Shown: positions 37,381 to 48,760 of the stretch, piece by piece | How positions within the stretch are numbered: the stretch's first letter is position 1 | Layout of the letters: each line of letters begins with the position of its first letter | Source: Octopus bimaculoides | Lineage: Eukaryota | Direction: 5' to 3' | Assembly: GCF_001194135.2 (NCBI RefSeq) | Contig: NC_068984.1 | Location: forward strand, 15,656,605 to 15,720,604 | DNA length: 64,000 nucleotides | The notes under the pieces: model-generated | Told to the model about the DNA's origin: nothing | Databases searched by the model: none | What the model saw: only the letters and a program-made list of their open reading frames with translations | Translations under genes and position numbers: made by a program

Positions 37381-38967
37381 TAAAAAATGGCTGACTGGTT
37401 TTCCTTTTTACGAACCATTTTTATAACAATTCAGCTCTACTGTAATACTTCGTTCAAAGTGTGGACCGTCTTTTGAATGTGGCTCTAAAGTACATGCTAT
37501 TTTACTAAGGCTTTCAACAGGTTAGCACGATTGTGAATCAAGAATTGAACAATACCCAAGGGCGTCACAAGTGCTTTAATACCTTTGACTCGAAATTATT
37601 TTTCTCACAGTAATGTGTGACAGCTAACTACAGACTATTCTAAATTTCAAGTTTTCATTGACATTTGCTCTTAACGCGAGACGTCTTGCTGTTTCCATTT
37701 TAATATCATTTTTTCTCTTACATTGAGGTAAAAGTTTTAGAGGGTACACGTTTTCAAATTGGCCCACATTTATCTACATTATCTAGATTTAGTGGGTGTT
37801 TAGCGAGTTCTGTAATACTTTCAAATTGTGCTGGAAATTCCGATGTTGTCAGCACTTGCTGGGTCCTTTTGGCGCTATAGTTCTTTTCTTGATATTTTGT
37901 TTTTAAAACCATCCACAAGAAGCAAGAAAGGTTTTAATGATTTTTTCTCAGCTCTTGTTTCAACTGCTCAGATAAATTTGGCCTTTTTTTAAAAAAAAAA
38001 AAAAAGATAACGGCTTAGGAGACTGGCGAATGACAGTGATACAAAACATTTTCTCCCTATCTTCCATGGTTTTACTGTGTATGTCAGTTTAACAGAATTA
38101 CACTTACCTAAATTTTGCACAGTAATTTATATTTTGTCAGGTCGATTCATTATGCTTTTTAAAGATGATAGTGCAAATCTTAATGATTCCACAACGGCAC
38201 TTCTTTCTTCCTGCATGTTTTATAATCTTTAGTATCTAATGATATTGCTTTACGCTTACATGAATTGATGAGATAGCAAGATTAACAATAATTGATTTTT
38301 TTTTTATATAATTACTGTGCTTTTAAGAAGTCACGAAATTGCGACAATATAGGACAAATAAATAATCCAGAACCTGAAGTATAACTCAATGATTGATTTC
38401 TTATAAAGCAAGATGGTTCTTGATACGGAAGCTCAAATTTGAACGGCAAATTCTGGGACGGCCACCAACGAGAATGTTTTTTTGCTTAACTTTTTCATGA
38501 TTCTGGTTGTTTAATTGCTCCAATGTTAAACTTCGTTATAACAGTTTCATTGACAGAGGAAATGTAAAGTGAAATATGTATATGTGTGTGTGTGCGCGCG
38601 CGACACACACACACACACACACATATATAAATTGTTAACTGTGTGTCTTCTGTCGATGTGCTGTATTTCAGTGATGTTTACTTGTCAAGATGTTCAGCGT
38701 TATGTATTCACATGTAAGAGGTCTAGATATGTGCACCAGCGTTAGTTCATATGTATGCATTTGAAAGGAGTGGGCGTGATTATACATGGGAAGACTTTCC
38801 TACCCACCGCTGATTTGTGACCGCATTTATATTTTCCCATAGTCTTTTTCAAACCGACAATAATTCCCTTAAGATGTCTGACCTGCTAGAAATAGCAGGC
38901 AAATATTTTAAAAATTACACTCCGTGCTCATAAACAAGGATGACATTAAATAGACATTAAGTATTCA

Positions 38968-39521
38968 GGATCTTTTTTAAAACGGGGGCCACATTTTTCA
39001 TTAACGAAACACTTTGAAACTTGGAACACTGGTAGAATGTGTCATATAAAACATCTTTTTCTCTTAGTCTTCTTAAAAAAAAAAGAAATCCATAAATTAT
39101 TCCATGTTAAAGTTGTCGTATTTCTGTAATTTCAACCAATCACTGACGTCCATTCAGCCGATATACATTAAGCGCCGACTACATAAACAAACGATTCTGA
39201 AACAATTAACCCTAACTCTAACCCTAGGGTTAGAGTTAGGGTTAGGGTTAAAGCAAATTTAAAATGAAAAAAGCAAATAAAACGAAGAATCGTTTGTTTA
39301 TGTAGTCGGCACTTAATGTATATCGGCTGAATGGACGTCAGTGATTGGTTGAAATTATCGAAATAAGACAATTTTTTACATGAAATAAATTCGAATACAA
39401 AAATATTTTTCTGTTCTATAACACAAAATAGATAAGTATACGAAGTTTGAAAGTCTTTCGGTACCAAAAACACTACGTAAAACATTAATGAAAAATGTGG
39501 CCCCCGTTTTAAAAAAGATCC
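38968..39521. mobile_element. Merlin-like MITE with nested inverted repeats and telomere-type core
   Basis: Perfect 37-bp TIRs starting GGATC (38968-39004/39485-39521), 8-bp TSD agtattca on both sides, and a 71-bp inner IR. A GG terminus with an 8-9 bp TSD is characteristic of Merlin. Confidence 0.8.
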
Positions 39522-40454
39522 AGTATTCATTCTTGCACACCGCTAAAATGACCATAAGTTCAACAGCATGATCTTACCTCCCAATATAGTGTCGATAATG
39601 CTCGCTTTTATCATTTGTATCCTGTGCACATTTGCAAACTGAACAAATAGTCTATAAACAAAATAAATTAATTTAAAATGGAGACAGGTCGGGTTCTTTA
39701 ACTCCATTCAAATCGAGGTTAGTTGCCACATAAATATATAAATAAGTCGACCATTTTTTAAAGTCTTTCAGGCAGTAAGAAGGACAGTACCTATAGCACT
39801 TGACCCGCTTTCCGAAACTAATGGAAAGGAGACAGACACCAAATGCTTTTAATAGAATGGACCCCTTTGAAGGCACCTAAGGTGTCATGTGATGGTGTTA
39901 AACTGGTGACAGATGAAGTTTATCATCAAAGAAGGCCATGATGGGGTTCGAATTCAGAACGCAAAGTGTTGTCGGAACAAATACCGCAAGACATTCGATC
40001 CGACGTTCTTACAAGTTCCGCCATTCTACCATCTTGGATCAGTACTTTTCGTTTTTATCGACCCCGAAAGAATGGAAAGTAAAGTTGACCCTCGCTGGAT
40101 TTGATCTCGGGATGCTGTGTGTCAGAACAAATACTACGAGACATATCCGACATTCTAACGACTCAGCCACTTCACCGCCTCGTGTTGATTGGCAGGGTAT
40201 TCAAACAATAGATTTACGCACTGTTATACTGGATATATACTCTTCTATCAGTATCAATTGGTCCGGGTAGAATCAACGAGTGAAAGCCAGGTTATAGTCA
40301 TCATTAGGGAATATTCTCCCACTTCGTTGAATAAGAAAAGAAGCTATATACTGTAACGCGCGGAGTCTTACACTTTGTACCGCTCAGTGGCAGCCATTCT
40401 TTTGTAGATTTTCAATACAAAAGTTGGCCTTGATTACATTACTTGGAGAAGTAT

Positions 40455-40870
40455 CATTGGACATCATGGAGTAGGAAAGTGCAATTAAAACGAGTTCCTC
40501 TTGTTACAGACAATAAGATAATATTTACATTACACATAGAATCTCGCCAAACGAGGAAGCCTCTACCTGGTCGCTCATCACAAATAACTAAATCTTCCTC
40601 AAATCATACTACCCTTCTGTCTTAAAAAGGAGACTGATTGGGAAAATAAGATGGGATATTCATGGCTGGACACAACTACATCGGCTGCAGATATTTGTAC
40701 GAATTATTCACCCTTAACAGGATTATTCACTATCTTATGTCTATGTACTGCGGCTCTCAATTTCTATGCTGGACAAAGTTCTATTGATAATATTTTTGTA
40801 CTGATACAATTGCGGGAGAATTGCCGTAAACAGAACCGAAACTTATGCTAGGGTTTTAGCTTTACTTATA
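40455..40870 (+). pseudogene. Decayed RTE endonuclease/RT fragments
   Basis: IGHHGVGKCN*N (EN C-terminus) and SIDNIFVLIQLRENCRKQNRNLC (RT STIDxIFxLRQxxEKCxExN motif). Confidence 0.6.
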
Positions 40871-40884
40871 CTACTAAATTCTGT

Positions 40885-41130
40885 GTGCCTACTCTCTTTT
40901 ACTCTTTTATTTGTTTGTCATTTGACTGCGGCCATGCTGGAGCACCGCCTTTATAGTCGAGCAAATCGACGGAACCACTAAGTTACGGGGACGCAAACAT
41001 ACCAGCATCGGTTGTCAAGCGATGTTGGGGGGGGGGGACAAACAGACCGAGGCTATAGTAGAAGACACTTGTCCAAGGTGCCACGCAGTGGGACTGAACC
41101 CGGGACCGTGTGGTTGGTAAGCAAGCTACA
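40885..41130 (-). mobile_element. Internally deleted SINE
   Basis: Segments of the 27440 family joined across deletions. Confidence 0.8.
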
Positions 41131-41899
41131 CCCCATGTCAAGCCTAATACATCAAACCTATAATAACCGATAATATAATGTGTTCTCAATTTGAGAGACA
41201 TCTACAAAAAAAAAGTAAAAAAACAAAACAAATATAGAACACGGCCGTCATTTGCAAGGCTACGGAACTAAACACTAGAACAAAAAAAAAAGTTCTAGAT
41301 CAATGAGCTAATATCCAGGATCTTATGAGTTAAGTCGCGTATCTGATGACGTACGAAGTAAGAATTATTCATCTTGTTACTTGAGCTTGGATGTAAATCT
41401 AAAACGAGATTAATATCTCTTCTGAGACGCACACTACTCATTGCCTACATGGCAGCAGCTGTACTGAATGTTCCCAATTTGCCAGGAAAAGAGGATGAGT
41501 CCCTTTTGTAAGTCTTCCAGTCTTGTGAGATCGATGTGATTATGTTCAGCTTATGTAGTCGTATAATGTATGCAGGAAGCCCACTGACGGAAATATTGAC
41601 ATAAGACTCTGAAGCGCTGGACAAAAAGTAGATAAAAAGATTTGAGCACCATTTCATTTCCTCAGGAAAACTCGAGGACCTTCTATGCTTGATGATGATG
41701 ATGATGAAAACACTATTGTACATTATCAACTTCTTATATAACGACTCGGTCGTTTTTTTACTCCTATCTCTAACAATCGCCGGTACTAATTTGTTTATTA
41801 ACTTGCTTTTAGGTTTTAATTGCTAACGGGCCACTTATATTAATATATATTTAATGTATTATAATAATAATAATAATAATGTATTATGATATTCATTGT

Positions 41900-42056
41900 G
41901 TGGCTGTGTGGTTAGTAGCTTGCTTACCAACCACATGGTTCTGAGTTCAGTCTCACTGCGTGGCACCCTGGGCAAGTGTCTTCTACTATAACCGCAGGCC
42001 GACCAAAGCCTTGTGAGTGGATTTGATAGACGGAAATTGAAAGAAGCCCCCCCCTC

Positions 42057-42108
<52 letters not shown>

Positions 42109-42400
42109 TGCACGTCACTTTGGACTGACTAGTGTCTTGTGAGTGAATTCGGTAGATGAAACTTTGAAGATTATTATATACGCGCGCGCTTTTGAGCTCG
42201 TGTTCGCCTTTCTCCCGCCACAGTGTTTGACAACCACTGTTGGCTTATTTTCGCCCCGTAACAAAGCAGTTCGGCAAAAGCGACCGGTAGGATAAGTACC
42301 AGACTTAAAAAGTGAGTGCTAGGGTTAATTTGTCCGACTAAATCCTTCAAAGCGGTGCTTCACCATTACTGCAGTCTAGCGACCGAAACAAGCAAAAGGT
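41900..42400. mobile_element. Two SINE fragments flanking (TA)n
   Basis: 41900-42055 is a head-half match to the SINE family; 42130-42400 is a diverged, CpG-rich copy of the 3' half. Confidence 0.65.
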
Positions 42401-44007
42401 AAGCTATATACGAACTTAATAAGCTTGAGCCGTTACATCCAAGCGAGTATGATCTGGCAGCTTGTAACACGCTTTCGTTATTGAATTAAGAGCCTATGTA
42501 TAATAGTTACGAGGAGACATAGGCATCCTCTCAATTGTCCTGCTTTTGACTCTGCGGAACGAGGGGAGAGAGAGATGCGTCAGAACTAGTCTAGTAGGAT
42601 CCTTTTAGAATTCATTCAACCATTTTAATTATTTCACATTTTCTTTGTTGTAATTTTATTTGCTAATGACGTAAATCCACACCCACTTTTTTTAGAAGTT
42701 TATAAAAAAGTTACAAGCATTTAAAATTGCTAAAGGGCACTCAGACTGCAATTGCTCACCGTCACAATCTTTGACGATTCTTTATAGTACTCCTCATCCT
42801 ACCTTATAAGAAATCTTCAGGGATTGTAGTGACTTAGAATTTAGTCGTGTATCTATAAGTGTGTGTGTGTGTGTGAGTGAAGTACAAATTCATTTCCTTG
42901 AAGTGAGCAATGATTTGTATATTTGTTGTTGAAAGAGACTAAGTTATCAAGTCCTTGAATGTTCTCAAGGTTAGTGTTTATAGATTCAATGTGTGACTGA
43001 AGGCAAAAAAACAAAAGACAAAATAACAAATGAGGGTTTGTGTAGTATTAAAATGTGTAAGGACAAGTGAGAGAAAAGTAGGAGTGGATTTTTAAAAAAA
43101 TGTGATAAATTCACTTCTTGTATTGTCGTGTGGCTAGAGGTCAATGATCACAAGTGTCAAAGTTAAGTGCTTGGAGGAACAGTGAAAATTATGAGGGTAG
43201 GTAGACATAAATGAAGTGTTAAAGTCCAGTGTGCATGTGTGTGTGGTGACACTATATGTCGAAGGATAGAAAAATAAGGAGGAGGAAAGTATTGATCGTG
43301 GATCAGTGATCGGTATCAAAAGGGGAAGAGTCAGTCTCGAAACAACAAATTCATCTCCCCCCTCTCTCTTCATTCATACGCACGAGTGAATAAAGAAACG
43401 AAAAAAACATTCAAAAGATTTGGTTGGAGTTACATGTATTTAATAAAAGTTTGATTCAGAGCCACATCTGAAGGGTACAAGTATCCTACGCGCCCGAAAC
43501 TTTAACGTGAAACTGGGTCAAACTGTATTTCATGGCACATGAGTCGCCTTTTTTTATACCTAAAAATATCTCAAAATATCAATCCAGGTCCTAATATGCG
43601 AAGTTAGGTCTCCCATAAATTAATTTTATTTCTGACGCTAGGTTAATTTTGATCCCGGCGGTTTGTTCTCACTAACCTGATTCTGTAACCTTACTTAAAT
43701 TTAAGCATTATCAGATAATGCTCTTGTACTTTTGTAATGTTTTGTAATGTACTGCTAGATTGATTTAAATATTACATGTTTTAATGCTTAAAAAAAACTT
43801 TTTTCCTGAATATGCGCTCCCGAAATTGGGATGCGTCTAATCTGCCTGTGCGTCTTTTATGCCATTAAATACGGCATGAGCGCGCGCGTATATACTTTTT
43901 ATGTACAACGTTATTTCTATTTTTGAAATCGGTGAATGTGTTTCACTAGAATTATTATATGTTTACGAGAGCTTGGCAGGCATCTCTAACTAGCAGGTCA
44001 TTGCTAC

Positions 44008-44050
44008 TCCAGACTGATGAAGAGCAAAGACTCAGAAACATGTCCCTGGA
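44008..44050 (+). ncRNA. Minimal type-I hammerhead ribozyme-like motif (Penelope/retrozyme type)
   Basis: tccaga-CTGATGA-agagcaaagactca-GAAA-cat-GTC-cctgga: core boxes in order, stem I ccag/ctgg, stem II gag/ctc, palindromic ACATGT in place of stem III. Confidence 0.5.
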
Positions 44051-44539
44051 TGCAGGTTTGGCTGGGTGGAGGTGCTTGTCTCCCCCTCGTAAACATAAGG
44101 ACACAGGAAATGTGTCAAGGCCGACAGGAAGCGGTGTTGCTCCCTAGGGCTAAATAGCAGTAGTATGATTCCCTTATTGGAACTGTCATGTTAAGTTGNN
44201 NNNNNNNNNNNNNNNNNNNNNNNNNNNNNNNNNNNNNNNNNNNNNNNNNNNNNNNNNNNNNNNNNNNNNNNNNNNNNNNNNNNNNNNNNNNNNNNNNNNN
44301 NNNNNNNNNNNNNNNNNNNNNNNNNNNNNNNNNNNNNNNNNNNNNNNNNNNNNNNNNNNNNNNNNNNNNNNNNNNNNNNNNNNNNNNNNNNNNNNNNNNN
44401 NNNNNNNNNNNNNNNNNNNNNNNNNNNNNNNNNNNNNNNNNNNNNNNNNNNNNNNNNNNNNNNNNNNNNNNNNNNNNNNNNNNNNNNNNNNNNNNNNNNN
44501 NNNNNNNNNNNNNNNNNNNNNNNNNNNNNNNNNNNNNNN

Positions 44540-44764
44540 GTGAAGTATATTTGCCACCTAAATGTGGCTGACCCATAGAGGACGATGCTACTGTTGTTTA
44601 TATCCCCAGGAAGACATATCCTCCGTGTGTATCAGGTAAGGCTAGAGATGGGAACAATGATTTCCCTTCGCAAATACTGATCGGACACTGTGTTGTTAAC
44701 CAGCTGGAGGAGATGTCTTCCTGGGACTATAAACAGTAGCATTTAGGTGGCAAATATACTTCAC
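44540..44764. mobile_element. Foldback MITE-like element
   Basis: Perfect 25-bp IR 44540-44564/44740-44764 plus inner IR cccaggaagacat/atgtcttcctggg. Confidence 0.7.
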
Positions 44765-44779
44765 GATATATATAATGGT

Positions 44780-45020
44780 CTCTCCCGTCGTTAGACGACG
44801 TATGAGGGTTCGACAATTTCTTACCGAACAACCACACGGATGATTTGTTTATAGTGATCAAAAGTTTATGTAGACATAAGCTCACTCTCTCCATCAAATC
44901 GACAGTACCTGTACAGGTGCAACATGTCAGATGTCGAAATGATCGCAGAGCAACGTGAAATGAAGTGATTTGCTCAAGAACACAACGCAACGCCCGGTCT
45001 GGGAATCGAACCCGCGATTC
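44780..45020 (-). mobile_element. tRNA-derived SINE (Ceph-SINE-related), CpG-rich
   Basis: B-box-like gggaatcgaaccc and ttgctcaagaacacaacgc. Confidence 0.6.
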
Positions 45021-45184
45021 CGGAATATATATATATAACAATCAAACGCGTTAATACCTGTAGATGATAACGTTTTGGGGGATCTCGTGGTTAATTGCAT
45101 GTTCAGTTGAAGTAAATTACGCATAATGTTCTTAGATCTTCAGTGGACAGAACTTTTTTGTTGACTCCGTTGATGCACCATTTA

Positions 45185-45733
45185 GATATATATATATATA
45201 TATTTATATATAAATATATACATATATATATATACATATAAATATATACATATATATATATACATATATATATATACATATATATATATACATATATATA
45301 TATACATATATATATATACATATATATATATACATATATATATGTATATATATATATATATATATGTATATATTTATATATATACATATATATATGTAAA
45401 TATATATCTATATATCTATAAATATATATATATAANNNNNNNNNNNNNNNNNNNNNNNNNNNNNNNNNNNNNNNNNNNNNNNNNNNNNNNNNNNNNNNNN
45501 NNNNNNNNNNNNNNNNNNNNNNNNNNNNNNNNNNNNNNNNNNNNNNNNNNNNNNNNNNNNNNNNNNNNNNNNNNNNNNNNNNNNNNNNNNNNNNNNNNNN
45601 NNNNNNNNNNNNNNNNNNNNNNNNNNNNNNNNNNNNNNNNNNNNNNNNNNNNNNNNNNNNNNNNNNNNNNNNNNNNNNNNNNNNNNNNNNNNNNNNNNNN
45701 NNNNNNNNNNNNNNNNNNNNNNNNNNNNNNNNN

Positions 45734-45785
<52 letters not shown>
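45185..45785. repeat. Compound (TA)n/(TATACA)n microsatellite with gap
   Basis: Seen directly. Confidence 0.95.
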
Positions 45786-45786
<1 letters not shown>

Positions 45787-45829
45787 CATAAAGCCGTGGT
45801 ATGCATCTATTTATGATTTAAGTCGTCCT

Positions 45830-46450
45830 CATACGAGTCTTCCAGCGGCGTTTTCAGTCATCTCGGCCCTCCATACATCTTGCTAGTATTTCCCGCTCTT
45901 ATCTCTTTCTTTAACACAACCACTTTATGCTGCTGTGGGTTGGCTCCCATAGCACAAGCTAGTTGGTTGGGAACCCCCAGTGTCTCTGACAGTCACCGAC
46001 CAGCCTCATTCTTTTGATTGTTATTTTCTCACACGACTCTGGTAACCCAGATCGCTTGTATGCTAAGTACCACATGCAATATTATGCTGTAGCATTCATT
46101 CAGAGACTTCTGCCCAGTAGGCTTCAGAGCCCAGCATTCATGGCCATAAAGTAGAACGGACTCTACTCTGGAAGAAGCTGAGCTTAATATGTCAGGTGAG
46201 TTTGGAGTTCTACACATTGAATATGTCGTTTCATGAAAGCGTGTTCCTCACTTTGAAGTCTTACTATGACGAGTCGATCCATGTACCAAAATATTTGCAG
46301 TCTTTGACTTCCCTCGGAGTAGTATTTTCGTTATTATTTGTAATGGATGGCTCTGGGGGATGTGCAAGGTGATGACCTCAGTTTTAATGGCATTTAGTCA
46401 AAGACCAGCCTTGGCACAATGTACCTCCACGTCGTCCAAGAGTTCCTCAT
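45830..46450 (-). pseudogene. Decayed RTE-type LINE RT C-terminal fragment
   Basis: LDDVEVHCAKAGL*LNAIKTE...EVKDCKYFGTWID...VESVLLYGHECWAL. Confidence 0.75.
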
Positions 46451-47129
46451 GATGTAGCTTATAATATCAATAGAACCAATACTAGACTTAACAAATTTCG
46501 TTGCAATTATGTGAATATGATTTTGATGCACACTCACGCACGTCGTACATGTGTGTGCTCGAGTGCATGTTTAATTTGTTGAAATTCTCAGATGATTCTT
46601 TAAATTTTCGTAGTCTCTTTAGAAAACATTTAATTCCAGATTGTTACAGTATGTAATACGCAGTATAATACAAAAGCGTGATAAATGAAATTCTGCCTCT
46701 GCCGGTCTGTCTGTCTGTCTCTCGCTCACCCATACACCATCAACTCTAGTATGCCCAAGGCTTGGTTATCTCGTCCAAACTCAACCTCCTGTACATTAAC
46801 TACCCCTTCTCTTTTACTTCTAATAATCCTTACTCTTGCTCTAATGATACTTAAGTGTAAAACTATCTTTCGAGTGTCCCTTTTTTTAGTTCATTATATT
46901 CACTCTTCCTTAACCTCTCGCTCATAGATGTCTTTCACATACAACCTAGAGATCTCACATCAAATCTGTATTATCTTTATGAATAAAAACTTCGAAAATG
47001 TTCTCCAGTGAGGGTATAATGACCTTGTTATTTAGCAATTTGTACACAATTAGAGTAGATATCAAGAAACCATATTGTATAATCTTTGACAATAAGCTGC
47101 TGAAGTCGCTTCAGATGTTATCCTTCACA

Positions 47130-47460
47130 ATCACTGATGATCTGTTGGCAATCTTACATCCATAACCTAGCAAAAACTGCATTCCAAAAATTAGCCTTCC
47201 TCTTCAGAACCAGAAAATATTTCACTCTTGACACCCAAACAATTGCTTCACGTAAAGACGTCTTAAACTCAAGAGAAAGTCATACAAGGACTCACTCTCC
47301 AACATTAATAATGCCTTCGCTTCCTCTTCTATCGCTACTACCCGTGATTTTCGTATACTACCACTGAAGCCCACCAATCACATTCGCCTCTCTTCTTCAC
47401 ACATTATGTAACCTTCTTCTCCAGAACGCCAAACTACTAGAATTCCATCCATGTGCAGGC
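47130..47460 (+). pseudogene. Jockey/CR1-group LINE 3' fragment
   Basis: WQSYIHNLAKTAFQKLAFLFRTRKYFT resembles the W..HI..LAK.AS.KL..L.R....F motif. Confidence 0.65.
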
Positions 47461-48149
47461 TTTTACTATGGAGGTTGATTTACAGCTTTTGAAGCTGAAT
47501 ATCATCTGTATAAATCTGACAAGCCTCGGAAGTCCTACGGGGGTCGTTGGTTTAATATCTTCCTACTCATTAAAAATCATATAAAAAAAAAACAGACCAG
47601 AGAACTGTAGTCTACCTTACTTGGATTAAAGGATTTCCAGGTTAGCATCACTGTCCAGAGTTGACAGCAGTAGTCTACCTTACATAAGGGATTTCTAGAG
47701 GTTAACATCAACATCGGATTTTGTGGTGAAAATTCTTCGTAATAAATCCCTTGGTTCTCGGTACGTAATTTGACGGTGTGTAGATGTATTCGGAGAAAGC
47801 TGTGTTGGCAGATATATCTATGCTCGGGTGAAGAAGGGAATTATAAGAAAATTGTTCTTTGTTTGGAACGAGATAAAACATTCCTTTGTTGGATGTTTCC
47901 TGTTCATAACAGCGAACATGAATTTTATGGCGTTAAAGGGCGTTTTTATATGTATTTATTTGCTTAACCGTATTTGACATAAGCATCTTCATTTGTCTTC
48001 ATTTAATATCATCTGCATAGCTACTAAATATGGCTGATTGTACATTTGTTTTTTTAAAAAAATCTTATAACATTATGAGAACAAAAGGTTTTCAAGAACA
48101 GTGTTTCATTTAATACTGAAGATTTTTTTTTCAAATAGAGCATCGTTAG

Positions 48150-48760
48150 CCGCCACCAATTTTAACTTCAGTCTTTAAGGAAATGAGTTAAGTGTCCAAC
48201 CTTTCTGTTATGCACATCTTTTTCAGCTCGTGGCATAACGTGACATAAACGACCTTTTCAAATCAAATATATGTAGTCAGCTCTTGATCAAAAGAATAAG
48301 CTCTTCAGGATTTAGTTACATTGTTGGAGTTTTGTACGTAGCAGCTTCTTCTGGGGCAGAAGGCCTAGTCTTGAAGGCCCTGGAAAAGGTCATGCGTCCT
48401 CCCGGTGAAGGTGTTGTTTGAAACTTATTTTTTTAATAGCTTTCCCTTCTGTATATACTTCTGTCCAGAGCCTTCGGGAGACATGGTGCGACATATGCAA
48501 GTCTGCAATTGTTTACTTGACACCTTATATAAGTAAATGTTACCATTGCTGCTTTAAGCTTTATGCCTGGCCTTTAATTCGTGTAGAGTATTTTCAGGGA
48601 TTGAGACGGATGACTTTGCAGACTTTTACGATGGGAATCAGGAAGCTATCCAGTCCTGGGATAGAGTTTGGGTTATAATACTTCAATTATTTCTTGTTCT
48701 AAGAAAATTATATGCACTGGGTCTTTATGAGAGGTGCTTGACTGGTAGAATATATCTCGA
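48150..48760 (-). pseudogene. Heavily decayed CR1/Jockey-type RT fragment
   Basis: Frameshifted PGLDS.IPIVKVCK, NNCRLAYVAPCLPKALDRSI and PQKKLLRTKLQ motifs. Confidence 0.45.

Noticed and set aside
41343-41362. Other ctgatga motifs (41343, 35801, 36407, 53554, 15284) as hammerheads or C/D snoRNAs
   Set aside because: They lack stem II, the GAAA-NUH arrangement, or a D box with terminal stem.
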